From positions 31,186,001 to 31,250,000 of the forward strand of contig OZ024753.1 in assembly GCA_964016885.1 (NCBI GenBank): a stretch of 64,000 bases of DNA, written 5' to 3'. Below the pieces are notes generated by a model. That model was not told the DNA's origin. It searched no databases and was given only the letters and a program-made list of their open reading frames with translations. Of the stretch, positions 14,718-32,912 are shown in pieces. Position 1 is the first letter of the stretch. Each line of letters begins with the position of its first letter. The DNA is from Eledone cirrhosa (Eukaryota). The translations under genes were made by a program, and so were the position numbers.

Positions 14718-14938
14718 GCACTATATCTGTCTCTCTCTCTCTCTATTTGAAAAAAAGGAAAAGAATGACTTCATTTGTAGTTCTAAATAACTTGATTTAA
14801 TTATATAATATAATATTATGAGTTGGTCGATCTAGTAAGTTCTTTGTTAACTTCGGTGGGAAGAATTTTAAAGATTCCTGGTTAACTTTCTTGGAGAACT
14901 TTCTCGCATTCATCGGTGGCGATTGTCAAACTGACATC

Positions 14939-15011
<73 letters not shown>

Positions 15012-15569
15012 TGTGTGTGTGTATGTATATGTGTATGTATATCATGGGTATTTGCTCAACACAAAGCTAGACCACTCCAGTCTATATACTGCTCAGTTCT
15101 GGCATGAGATATTATGTGGGTTTTTAGACCAGACATACTTTTAGAAAGCCATCCACATAAATTGCATATTAGTTTTGGTGCAGCTTGGACTGCTTGTGTA
15201 TCTTGTTGAACCTTGAAATGTCTCTTTAGTCTTCCTTAAAATTTGCAGATCTTGTGATAATGATAAGAATGAGCTGGTTTGTATATACTATAGTTAGTGT
15301 GCTCTTATGTGAGAATAGAGTCCCGCCTCTGAGAGATAGATTCTGCCACAAACTTGACAAATAGAGAAATTTCCTATAAGTTCATGTAGTGGCTGTTTTT
15401 TTCTATTATATTGCTCTTAATATTTACTTGTATTAATCTGATTTGCTCAAAGGTTTTCACACCATCCTATATCTTTGCATGCCAGGTAGAGCAATTCACT
15501 ACGAGACATTCCATATATATATATATATATATATATATAAGATCAAAAGATGGTTAAAAGAGGTCCATG

Positions 15570-15638
15570 TATTTTATTATGCGCATTTCAAAAACAAATA
15601 TCATCATGCAATAACATGTGTTTTCATCAGATAAAATA
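15570..15638 (-). ncRNA. Type I hammerhead ribozyme, family A (element ~15537-15690)
   Basis: UAUUUUAU-CUGAUGA-long stem II-GAAA-UGCGCA-UA^AUAAAAUA: 8-bp stem I, palindromic stem III. Confidence 0.8.
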
Positions 15639-16337
15639 GGAAGACATGATACGAAGATTAAAAAACACTGTGAATAGTGCAGTTTTAAATATATATATAT
15701 ATATATATATATATAAAGAGGGATATTGAGTGAGAGAGACAGAGAGCGAGCGGGAGAGAGAGAGTCAGATAGGGAGAGAGAGAGTCAGATAGGTAGACAC
15801 ACTAGAGGAAACCAGTAGAGGATGTGATTAAATATACCGAGAAACCTTTAAGGATGATACACAAAATATTTTTCTAATCAAATAATCAATAACAACAACA
15901 GCAGCAATAACAACAACAATAATAAAGAAAATGATGATAATAATTATAATTATCCATTTGATAAAGCGACGGCGGGGAAATGTTGTTATCAGTTGGACAT
16001 AAAGAACTTACATGTAGGTTGTGGAGCTTATCAGTAAATTCTGAGGAAACATGATCTTTGAAGGAGGTTTTGTGTTTTTACAAGAGAATCATAGTAAATG
16101 ACGTTGGTAGTACTTAGCGATAAATCTCAACTAAAATGATATCACTGTTAATACGATGTGTCAAATATCATATATCGCAAGACATAATTTATGCAGAATG
16201 AGCATACATAAATCACATTGTATTATTATCTTTAATATTATTATCATTTTATAAAGCGGCGAACATATTCAAATGTATAGACTGTGTCCAAGAGAAGGAC
16301 ATGTATGGACATTATATATATATATATATATATAATG

Positions 16338-16576
16338 TAGGAGGTGAGTTTTATTGTAGTACAATAGAGCAATGCAGATATCGGATAAGAAGCACTCTAC
16401 AGTTTGTAGGACTGATATGTTGATTTAAAACTGCGCTATTCACAAGTGTATTTTAACCTTTATATCATGTCTTCCTATTGTATCTGATGAAAACACACAT
16501 GTTATTGCATGATGATATTTGTTTTTGAAATGCTCATAATAAAATACATGGAACTCTTTTAACAATCTTTTGATCT

Positions 16577-16585
<9 letters not shown>
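16338..16585 (+). mobile_element. Family A insertion (inverted tail ~16338-16413 + body) with HHR at 16476-16546
   Basis: ctgatga 16484-16490, gaaa 16527-16530, tgctca-ta; homologous to 23748-23995. Confidence 0.75.
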
Positions 16586-16619
<34 letters not shown>

Positions 16620-16717
16620 ATATGAATATATATATTGTATATATATATGATATATGTATTATATATATATATGTATTATATATATGATATATGAATAATA
16701 TATATATTGTATATATA

Positions 16718-16778
16718 GTTCGGATCTAGCTGTCGAAACGGCCGGAGCTCAGCCGTCGGGGTCCTGATTCTTTTCATA
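16718..16778 (+). mobile_element. Family E fragment carrying the 3' half of a hammerhead; related copies at 29583-29667 and 34719-34890
   Basis: gaaac ggc cggagctca gcc gtc ggggtcc = GAAA + stem III + GUC triplet; no CUGA half present. Confidence 0.55.
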
Positions 16779-16794
16779 TATATATATATATATA

Positions 16795-17210
16795 TATTTC
16801 GTTTCTGAATTTGTTTAGCAAGATTCTTTATCTGAAATCGTGTGTTGAAACCGATATTGTTATACTTTGGGAGGGTCATGTTGCCAATAAGAAACACACG
16901 CACCAGTTGATTTCACTTCAATTTATTATAATAAATTTATAATAAATTTATAAATTTATAAATTTCTGGTTGGTTGGTTGGTTCCACAACCAGATAGTTG
17001 TTTATATATTGTCATAGTTCTTTCGTCACACACTCTGTGACCTATTCAGTGACAATATATAAACAACTACCTGGTTGTGGAACCAACCAACCAACCAGAA
17101 ATTTATAAATTTATAAATTTATAAATTTATTATAAATTTATTATAATAAATTGAAGTGAAAGCAACTGGTGCGTGTGTTTCTTATTGGCAACATGACCCT
17201 CCCAAAGTAT

Positions 17211-17218
<8 letters not shown>
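16795..17218. mobile_element. Family B two-armed palindromic insertion centred on the HHR core
   Basis: Arms ~16856-17014 and 17050-17218, tail 16795-16855. The spacer is the HHR core on the minus strand (CUGAAUA variant). Confidence 0.85.
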
Positions 17219-17254
<36 letters not shown>

Positions 17255-17836
17255 TCTTTTACCTGTTCCAGCCATCCGGCTGTGGCCATGCTGTGGCACC
17301 GCCCTTATATATATATATACATATATACAATGTTTGTGTATAAATGTATATGTATGTATGCATATGTATATATATAAATTATAAGTTGTTTCGCCTGTGT
17401 GGTTTCGTTAGTGATAGACAAGTCTTGTTCTGTTAAAGTGATAAATCAACACCTTCGTTAATCTTTCCCCTATCCGCAAATGGGGTGTGGTGATGACTAT
17501 CTTATTAACCTATGTAATTAATCTCTGCTTTTCCTCTAATCATTCTCCCTCTCTCATAGTGTCTTCACGCTCCTTCTCCATTCTCACTCTCTCCATTTAA
17601 TTATTTTAGACACTATGTACATTTCGCCCGTAGACACACTTTGAGCATAGATATACGCATACATAGATATACGCATACACACACATACACTTACGCATAC
17701 ATGTAGTATACATATGCATATATTTATATGTCCTATCCTTGAAAGTCAATTTTCCTATTATTACTTCATTCTTTCTGTCGACTTCAACAACCAGCCACTC
17801 ACAATCACACATGCTTGTAAACTCTCTCACACACCA

Positions 17837-17895
<59 letters not shown>

Positions 17896-18610
17896 ATCAA
17901 ATAATCTTGTCTATACAAATAGACACATATCCGTATGTACACGTGCCTATATCGTTATCAGCCCGCGATGATCATCGTGATGCTGTGTCAGTCCCGTTTG
18001 AATCAAAACTTGTTCTGTTTGTGTAGTTTCAAACACTGAGTTTTTCTCCTGTGACGAGATAGGATATGTTAGCTCGTCTTTCTATCTCTATGTTAGAAAC
18101 TGTGTTGATGCATATAAAAGGTTTTGTACTTTAATTTCCTTAGAGATAGAAAAATACTACATCATTTTGCAGTTAGTGTCTATTCTAACATTTCAGTTAG
18201 TGTCTATTCTAACATGTGTCGGATCTGGAAGACATTTTGCTGAATTCTTTAAGTTTTATAACTTTATGGGGTTCTTTTATGGACAACGTTTATAGCAAAC
18301 ACTAGACACAGTTTACAAACACATAATCTGCAATATTGTATATTATTAAGAGATCTCTCCAGCAGGATTTACACAAACGTACACACACATATATACGTAT
18401 ATATACACATATATACATACATATACATATATACAAACATACATTCATACATACGTACATAGACACATATATACGTACATATATACATATATACAAGAAT
18501 ACATTCATTTACATGGTGGTAAATTACAATATAACCAGCAGGATAAATAAATATTCTAGTTAACGCGTCTGTAGGCAGAGTGACACACACGCACACGCGC
18601 ACGCGCACGC

Positions 18611-18657
<47 letters not shown>

Positions 18658-18702
18658 CACACGCGCGCACACGCACGCACACACATACGCACACACATAC
18701 GT

Positions 18703-18735
<33 letters not shown>

Positions 18736-19084
18736 AGTACATTGAATTTCCTCTAGCGATTTCAAGTATAGATCTTAAAGTCTAATATTGTAAAGGGACG
18801 CTCTCACACCACATACACACACACGCACACGCATAATCACACTCGAACACACCCACATATTGAATTGGTATTTATTTATTTCTGTTGTTGGATACTAATT
18901 CTCACACCTGGATATCTGCCTGCATCGAAAACAAAGTGATGATAACGAAGGATTACCTCACACCAGCCTCATGATAATTATATATATGGTTCAAGTAATA
19001 TTTTATTTGTAATATCTTTTAAAAATATTTATTTATATATGTATATGGCGCATGTACTCACATACATACAAACAGAAACACAGA

Positions 19085-19128
<44 letters not shown>

Positions 19129-19204
19129 GGTATATATATATACACACAAGTTTATATATATATATACAAGTATGTATATATATATATATATATATATATA
19201 GAAG

Positions 19205-19250
<46 letters not shown>

Positions 19251-19318
19251 CACTTCTCTCTCTCTATATATATACACTTATATATATATATATATATATA
19301 CACACTTCTAAATATATA

Positions 19319-19389
<71 letters not shown>

Positions 19390-19425
19390 TTCCATATATA
19401 TATATACACTTCTATATATATATAT

Positions 19426-19501
<76 letters not shown>

Positions 19502-19502
19502 T

Positions 19503-19535
<33 letters not shown>

Positions 19536-19676
19536 ATATATTTATACATATATATATGCATATATATATGTATATATTTATACATATATATATACATATA
19601 TATTTATATATATATATATACATATATATTTATATATATATATATACATATATATTTATACATATATATATCTATA

Positions 19677-19756
<80 letters not shown>

Positions 19757-19758
<2 letters not shown>

Positions 19759-19970
19759 GAAGGAAATGTGGTAAGGAACCAGATGGACCATAACGCACCA
19801 ATACACTCAATACTTTGGGTAGTAGAGTGGGTAATAGGAACGGGTAGGACCCCGACGGCTGAGCTCAAGCCGTTTCGACGGCTAATTCTGGACTAAATTT
19901 AGTCCAGATTTCTGTCCAGAATTAGCCGTCGAAACGGCTTGAGCTCAGCCGTCGGCGTCCTACTCGTTCC

Positions 19971-19972
<2 letters not shown>
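19757..19972. mobile_element. Family E two-armed palindromic insertion
   Basis: Arms ~19833-19888 and ~19914-19972, tail 19757-19832; both arms carry gaaacggc..gccgtc. Confidence 0.75.
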
Positions 19973-20007
<35 letters not shown>

Positions 20008-20241
20008 TTATATACACTTCGATATATATTTATATACACTTCTATATATATATATATATATACACTTCTATATATACATATATACATATATATATATACA
20101 CTTCTATATATATATATATACATATATATATATACACTTCTATATATATATATATACATATATATATATACACTTCTATATATATATATACACTTCTATA
20201 TCTATATACCTATATATATATATATACACTTCTATATATAT

Positions 20242-20291
<50 letters not shown>

Positions 20292-20301
20292 TTCTATATA
20301 T

Positions 20302-20336
<35 letters not shown>

Positions 20337-20729
20337 CACTTTGCTCATTTCTAATGCTTTTCAAAAATAATTTTGAGATAGAGTGCCCCTGATGTTTGCT
20401 CTAATCTCAGAGCAGACATGATGAGAGCAAACATCACGGGTGCTCTATCTAGATAGAGAGAGAGAGGAAATGTATAATATATTGCATTACCATAGCTAAA
20501 ATGATAGTTATAATAATTTTGTTTTTAAATAAGATAATTGCAATGGCCTTATCATTACATGCCATTAATTTAATGACTGAATCACAATTACGTGATGCCT
20601 CAAGGAAACTTCTAGGTGTGTATTCATATACAGACACATCTATATACACTAACACAGACACATAAATAGTAAGACATATATCCATGTACACATAAACGTA
20701 CACATACACGTACACGCATGTAAATATGT

Positions 20730-23747
<3,018 letters not shown>

Positions 23748-23992
23748 AGGAGGTGAGTTTTATTGTAGTACAATAAAGCAATGCAGATATCGGATAAGAA
23801 GCATTCTACAGTTTGTAGGACTGGAGTATACATAATATCACTATCCACACGTGTTTTTTAACCTTCATATCATGTCTTCCTGTTTTATCTGATGAAAACA
23901 CAAATATTATTGCATGATGATATTTGTTTTTGAAATGCGCATAATAAAATACATGGAACTCTTTTAACCTTCTTTTGTTCTTATATATTATG

Positions 23993-23995
<3 letters not shown>
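23748..23995 (+). mobile_element. Family A insertion with intact HHR at 23881-23951
   Basis: tgttttat ctgatga ...stem II... gaaa tgcgca ta ataaaata. The left ~90 nt is the inverted 3' tail. Confidence 0.8.
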
Positions 23996-24025
<30 letters not shown>

Positions 24026-24044
24026 ATATATATGTATATATGTA

Positions 24045-24089
<45 letters not shown>

Positions 24090-24310
24090 ATATATATATG
24101 TGTGTGTATATATATATATATGTGTGTATATATATATGCATATATATGTATGTGTGTGTGTATATATATATATCTGTGTTTATATATATATGTTTATATA
24201 TATATATATACAATTATATATGTATTTGCACATCTGTCGTATTATTATACTATGTTGTCATACATATGCATATTTGTGTATATATATATATACATATATA
24301 TATATACACG

Positions 24311-24349
<39 letters not shown>

Positions 24350-24684
24350 ATGTGTTTACGTGTGCGTACATCTACACGTAGAGGCATACATATGCCTGTC
24401 TATATTCATGTGTTTCAATGTATTTGTGTGTGATGTTATTTAACAGTGAATACATGTTTTGAGTAATCTTAGGTTAGTAACCTAATTGATCGAGATTAAC
24501 AGATGGAATGAATTTTAATATATGAAAATTTATGTTGCATATGCCGTGATCATTTTAATATATGTAAATTTGTGTCGCATATACCGTGATCAAGAATATG
24601 TAACATAAAGGCCTTCAACCATGGCCATTCTGTAATCTGTTCTGACATAATATATTTAGGTGTACACTATCTAATATCCTTTTT

Positions 24685-24870
24685 GTGGATTGGCAGTATC
24701 GGTAGAGCATTAGACGCCGTGCTTTTCAGTATAAAGCTATGGCCCTTTACACTCTGAGTTCAAATCCAGTCGAGGTTAACTTTGCCTTTCATCCTTACGG
24801 GGTTGATAAAATAAAGTACCAGCAATGCACTGGGATAATTGCTGGCCTTGTGCCAAAAGCAGAAACAATT
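24685..24870 (+). mobile_element. tRNA-derived SINE (Meta-like); opposite-strand copy at 25181-25362, fragments at 25612-25691 and 32594-32683
   Basis: ggattggcagtatcggtag...gagttcaaatcc...gcctttcatccttacggggttgataaaataaagtaccag. Confidence 0.8.
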
Positions 24871-26711
24871 ATTTAGTCACTGGTAACCCCTTATCGTGCA
24901 CAACATTGTTATAACAATATAGTACATCAGAGAATACACCAGATATGTGTAATGAACAGGTTTAAATTGAGGGAAAACGGGTTATATTTAGCAGATCGTG
25001 CACTGGTATAGAGACCCGCTCTTAGATTTATTTCCTTAATTATTTCAATTTATATTTTTTGTGTGCTGGATTTAATTTCTGAGAAGTTTTAAGTAGAATA
25101 TGCCTGTGTTGTTTATTTTACGTTCATTTATAAAAGAAATTGTTGTCTGTTAAATTGATAAACCAACTAGGAGAACATAATTTTCTACTTTTTGGCACAA
25201 GGCCAGCAAATACCCAGTGCATTACTGGTACTTTATTTTATCGACCCCCTAAGGATGAAAGGCAAAGTTAACCTAGGCGAGATTTGAACTCAGAATGGCA
25301 AGGGCCGTAACTCTATGCGTCAAAGCATGGCGTCCGACCCTCTACCGATACTGCCAATCCACGAGAAAATAATGTATTGTGAAGTTATTTTATCTTGATA
25401 TTTTGTATTATTTCTGTCGAGTTTCTGCAAGTTTGTATAAATGCAGACGCCCTCTATTGGATTGATCTACCACTTGGTAGATGCTCCAGAAGGCAATTTG
25501 CATTTCATACGTTTATCACTTTCAGTATCATATCTCTAATGAAAGACATTCCCCATCCCTATGTGATACTTTTGAAAATAATCATTATTAAGCTGGTAGT
25601 GATGTGAGCGCAATGGCAGAGTTGGTAGAGTATTGGACAACATGCTTTGTGGCATAGAGTTATGTCCTTTTACGTTCTGAGTCCAAATCCCTTAATCTAA
25701 TTTGAAAACTTCCACTAGTAAATACGATGATCCGCTAGAGCTAGCGGAAAGAGTATTATTCTATTTATATTACTACATTTTCATGTTGCTTGGGTTTCAT
25801 ATAATGTAGAGTTTTCTGTAGAATTTTGCAAGCAAAAGCGAGAATGAAATCCTACCATACGAGACCCTAAATAGCAAATAGTAGAACTACATCTAGACAT
25901 AAAGGTTCGCGGCGAATACGGCAATGAAATAACCTGGAGTAAACAATGGGTACATATTGGCAAGACCCCACAGGGACCCAGTCAAAGACCATAAGGGTGG
26001 TAATTGGAAGCAGCATCAACAATAACAAAAATATAGTGTTAGTGAAAGGGTCATCCATCGAGCGAGGAATTCATTTACACGATGTTGGACAGAGAAAGGT
26101 TTATGAGGTCAATGTCCAGGAGGTCCAAATTCTCAAAGTGTATTATTACTAATGTCTATAGACCTGGCGACCAGATATGTCATTAAGTTAGTGAAAGTGG
26201 TTTAATAAATTACCTGTAATATATTGTCAAGACATGTTCGACTTCTAAACACAATTCTTAAACATTCACTGTGTCCTGACGTATAACATCTGAAGAAAAC
26301 ATTTGAAATATTGATGGATTTAAGTGAATATACGTATTGCATTTACGCCTATTTTTGTTGTTGTTCGATGTAACTTACAGAACACATATATTAGTTAGAG
26401 TGCACAAGGCCTTCAACTGTTTTCCTAGTAGAGTCGAACTTCCTCAAAACCGAGGATCATACACTGATGAATCTTCTATGGGGCAGTATAATATTCTGAA
26501 TATGTTCTATCAGAGCTGAAGTCCAGCGAAAGCACGCATTGCTGAAACATGCTGAACATGTAACAATATGAATAAACCTATATTATACAAGACCTTACTG
26601 TAGATATTGAGTTCCCGTTCTTTTGTTGGCTACTACGGTCACAAAATCAGAAGACCATGCGCCTTATATATATATATATATATATATATCCTTCATTATT
26701 AAGAGTCTGTG

Positions 26712-26744
<33 letters not shown>

Positions 26745-26753
26745 ACACCCCAC

Positions 26754-26793
<40 letters not shown>

Positions 26794-27199
26794 GTGTGTG
26801 TGTGGCTACATATATGTGTACGTGCACACGCGTGCGTACATAAATATATTATTACCGGCAGAGAAGGCTTTATTCTTAAGCAAACAAAAATATATAAATA
26901 AGTCAAGAAAATAAAATGTTAAGCCCAGGCCAAATGAATGGCGTTATCTCAAGTAGCAACATAAAACTGTCAATTGGAAACTGGACTCTTCTTTCTCCGC
27001 CATATTAAGACATATGTGTAAATACTTAATATGAATCAAGTGTCTTCCTAAAGACGTCCTCGCTCTACGCTTTGATACTTGGTCCACTAGAAACTATTTC
27101 CTCTTTTGTTGCATTTACTGTTGCTCTATTTTTTTTTCATTCAATTCTTTATTATTTAATACACTACTACTGTTTAGTCTGCGATGCCACTTATTTTTA

Positions 27200-27209
27200 G
27201 TTGCTGCTG

Positions 27210-27260
<51 letters not shown>

Positions 27261-27652
27261 ATGCTACTGTTACTACTACTACTATTGCTACTACTACTGC
27301 TACTACTACTAATGCTACTGTTACTACTACTATTATTGCTACTACTACTGCTACTACTACTAATGCTACTGTTACTACTACTACTACTGCTACTACTAAT
27401 GCTACTACTACTACTAATGCTACTGTTACTACTACTACTAATGCTACTGTTACTACTACTACTATTGTTACTACTACTGCTACTGTTACTACTATTACTA
27501 CTATTGTTACTACTACTAATGCTACTGTTAAAACTACTACTACTACCGCTGCTACTACTCCTGCTGCTACTACTACTAATGCTACTGTTACTACTACTAC
27601 TGCTACTACTACTGCTAATGCTACTACTACTACTGCTACTACTACTACTACT
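27200..27652. repeat. (CTA)n trinucleotide microsatellite
   Basis: Direct reading; source of the poly-Leu ORF. Confidence 0.95.
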
Positions 27653-27850
27653 TAACCGTAATTAAGTCTATCTACTTAAACACACATACACAAACAATAA
27701 TTCCACGCAGACGCAGACGCCCCCCCCCCCACACATATATATATATGAGGGGATTGTATAATTCACACCTACATGCATTGTAACGGCTTCGAAGATCTAC
27801 ACAGTTCTTTATATATATATATATATATATATATAAATATATATAAAGAA

Positions 27851-27891
<41 letters not shown>

Positions 27892-27902
27892 TATATAAAG
27901 AA

Positions 27903-27964
<62 letters not shown>

Positions 27965-28156
27965 AAGTGTATATATATATATATATATAAAGAAGTGTAT
28001 ATATATATAAATATATATAAAGAAGTGTATATATATATATATATATATATATAAACATATATAAAGAAGTGTGTGTATATATATATATATAAAGAAGTGT
28101 ATATATATATATATATATATATAAATGAAAGGCATAAAAAATATTGTAGCAAAAAG

Positions 28157-28197
<41 letters not shown>

Positions 28198-28297
28198 ATA
28201 TATAAAGAAGTGTGTGTATATATATATATATATATAAAGAAGTGTATATATATATATATATATAAATGAAAGGCATAAAAAATATTGTAGCAAAAAG

Positions 28298-28351
<54 letters not shown>

Positions 28352-28959
28352 AAGTTTTATGCATGGGTGTCCGTTTAATTTCCAGTCTACCTTTATAAAT
28401 AATAACTACGTAAAATATAATATAGCTAGCAGTAGTATTAGTAGTATTAGTATCAGTAGTAGTAAAAACCTGGCTTTATTTCAAATTGAAGTTAAGGAAT
28501 TTAGCTTATGTCTGGCTAAGGAATAGCTCAAAGCAATGAAAAGGTGAAAGGTAATACAAAGATTAAAATTAGAAAAGCAAGGAAGTAGCGAATACATATC
28601 ATATAAAGTATGTGAGGATGCGTGGCATCATGGTTAAAGTGTTGGGTTTATGTTCGATAGATGGTATGTTGTATAATTGAGCAAATTTTACGTTGTTACA
28701 ATCCATTCTGCTGTGGCTCAAATAGTCAATTGTGTCACACTGAATCTCCCAGAGAGTTATGTTAAAAGTGAACTCTTGGAATTCATGGAACTCTTCGTCA
28801 ATTGCATCTTCCATTTACTTGGGATTGGAAAACTCAGAGTTTATATATACAAATATACACAAATACCTATATATATATATATATCCGGGAGCTTTCAACA
28901 GTAATGGTTGTATTTTTTAAGGGTATGTCAATATTTATTTATAAAACTGATCTATATTA

Positions 28960-29024
28960 TATTTTGTCTGATGAAAGCACACCATAATTTAACTTGGTGT
29001 CCTTGAAATATGTATAATGAAATA
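28960..29024 (+). ncRNA. Type I hammerhead ribozyme, family A-related (element ~28885-29155)
   Basis: tattttgt ctgatga aagcacacc-loop-ggtgtcctt gaaa tatgta ta atgaaata. The downstream sequence resembles the family A tail in sense orientation. Confidence 0.72.
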
Positions 29025-29162
29025 AATCTGGTTTTATAAATATAGTTTCCATTTTTTAATATCGTATGTTTACTCCAAATACTGTTGAGTGCTTTATATC
29101 AGTTTTTAAAATATTTGCTTGTTGTATCCCAACAATTTAAATAGAACTTTTGCATATATATA

Positions 29163-29298
29163 TATTTATTAAAATAACAGATTAAACTTCAATCTGTTAT
29201 TTTAATAAATATTTGTTCTACGGTTCTTATATATTTGATATATATTTATCCTTATCGAGCCCTCTTTGGATTTTAGTCTTCAAATTTATTATTATTAC

Positions 29299-29299
<1 letters not shown>
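29163..29299. mobile_element. Family C minimal two-armed insertion
   Basis: Arms 29163-29183 and 29191-29211 plus an ~88-nt tail. Confidence 0.8.
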
Positions 29300-29333
<34 letters not shown>

Positions 29334-29684
29334 ATATATGTGTGTGTGTATATATATGCGCGCGTGTGTATGTGTGTGTATATATATATATGTGTGTGTG
29401 TGTGTATATATATATGTGTGTGTATCTATATGTGTGTATATGTATACATATGTGTATATATATGTATACATATGTGTATATATATGTATACATATGAATA
29501 TATATATACATGTGTGTTTGCGTGTGTTATATGTACTTATATGCATATATATATATACACATATATATATATATATATATATAACAAAGAAGGAGCTGGC
29601 TTAGTTCGGGGATCAAGCCATCGAAACGGCTGGAGCTCAGCCGTAGGGGTCGTGACTATTTTCCTATGTATATATATATATATG

Positions 29685-30282
29685 TATTGTTATGCTTTGG
29701 GAGGGTCATGTTGCCAATAAGAAACACGCGCACGAGTTGCTTTCACTTCAATTTATTATAAATTAAATTTATAAATTTAAGAATTTATAAATTTCCGGTT
29801 GGTTGGTTGGTTCCACAACCAGACGATTGTTCATATATTGAGGACAAAATGAATACACACACACACATAGAACAAACAACCAACCAGTAACATGTAAATA
29901 AACAAATAAATAAACAAACATAAACACACACAGACACCCGGATGTAACACATGTGCAAATTAAGCACACAACACACACAAAAACAAGATGACGTAGGACA
30001 GACCGAAGGAGAGGCACAAAAACAAAGAAAAGAATCCCCAGTCACTGAAGAGATCACAGAATGTGTGATGAAAGAACTTTGACAATATATGAACACTCGT
30101 CTGGTTGTGGAACCAACCAACCAACCGGAAATTTATAAATTCTTAAATTTATAAATTGAATTTATTATAAATGGTGCGTGTGTTTCTTATTGGCAACATG
30201 ACCCTCCCAAAGCATAACAATATCGATTTCAACACACGTTTTCAGATAAAGAATCTTGCTAAACAAATTCAGAAACGAAATA
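29685..30282 (+). mobile_element. Family B PLE 3' region with inverted short arm (29685-29840) and HHR at 30041-30083
   Basis: Body begins with GQNEYTHTHRTNNQPVTCK* (cf. RKNEWNNNNTQTNNTDLREV* of ORF 80..634). HHR reads gtca ctgaaga g atcaca gaatg tgtgat gaaa gaac tt tgac. Confidence 0.8.
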
Positions 30283-30292
30283 TATATATATA

Positions 30293-30618
30293 TATTTATT
30301 AAAATAACAGATTAAAATTTAAGCAAAGAATCGCTGCTTTCACCCTTAACGGGATCTTCTGAAACTAACAAAGTCAATCTGTAAACGCAGAACTGGATAT
30401 TTCAAAAAACGTTGCAACCGGAGGAAATATCCAGTTCTGCGTTTACAGATTGACTTTGTTAGTTTCAGAAGATACCGTTAAGGGTGAAAGCACCGATTCT
30501 TTGCTTAAACTTTAATCAGTTATTTTAATAAATATTTGCTCTACGGTTCTTATATATTTGATATATATTTATCCTTATCGAGCCCTCTTTGGATTTTAGT
30601 CTTCAAATTTATTATTAT

Positions 30619-30622
<4 letters not shown>
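30293..30622. mobile_element. Family C two-armed palindromic insertion
   Basis: Arms 30293-30403 and 30424-30533, tail to 30622; matches 6806-6938 and 9006-9111. Confidence 0.85.
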
Positions 30623-30675
<53 letters not shown>

Positions 30676-31149
30676 GAGAGAGAGAGAGAGAAAATAAACG
30701 TTTGAAGATGCAGCTAATCTTCTTAATATACATGTACGTTTTAGATATACAAAAAATTAAAATGTTTTTCTATTTGTTTTATTTCTAAATATATGTAGGT
30801 TGTTCAGAAATAGTCATGATTATCTAATTAGTTTTTGCACTACTCGATTTTGTACTGAGTAACTTTAGAAAGCTGCAATTTAATTTGTGTTGGAGGGATT
30901 TTTTCCTGACATATTGCTATATGCTGTATCCACGGAGTACATGTAGAAAACTACGTATGTTAGTAAAACAAACAAACAAAATATGACTTATTTTGTAAGT
31001 ACCAATTTATTTACGGTGTGTATTGTAATCATGCATATATATTAACAATAACTATTAGTCGAATATTCAAAGCTAGATTGATATTTTTTTTACTATATAA
31101 CCTGATGTTTATAGAATACCTTAATTCTCTAACGTTTTGACTTTCATCA

Positions 31150-32575
<1,426 letters not shown>

Positions 32576-32816
32576 TGAAAATAGAGAAATTAATTGTTTC
32601 TACTTTAGGCACAAGGCCCAGCAATTACCCAGTGCATTACTGGTACTTTTATTTTATCGACCCCGTAAGGATGAGAAGGCAAATGTGAGCAAGAAGCCAA
32701 CAGTAATTCATATATATAAGTGACTATTAAGTATTGGGTCAAGATGGAAAATATTTAACGTAAGAATATGGAAGGAAAATAATTCAATCCCAATTCAAGA
32801 CAGAAATGTGTGTATG

Positions 32817-32912
<96 letters not shown>

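Noticed and set aside
26460-26570. Possible hammerhead (ctgatga at 26464; gaaacatg..catgta near 26544)
   Set aside because: No consistent stem I/II linking a core to the cleavage site.
27201-27665. Poly-Leu ORF
   Set aside because: (CTA)n microsatellite with no domain or exon support.
28124-28299. 36-bp unique motif duplicated ~140 bp apart
   Set aside because: Local slippage duplication within a microsatellite.
28599-28814. Peptide resembling PLE RT 'YxLPKIHKP' (LYNIPSIEHKP)
   Set aside because: Too short and degenerate to call without a profile search.
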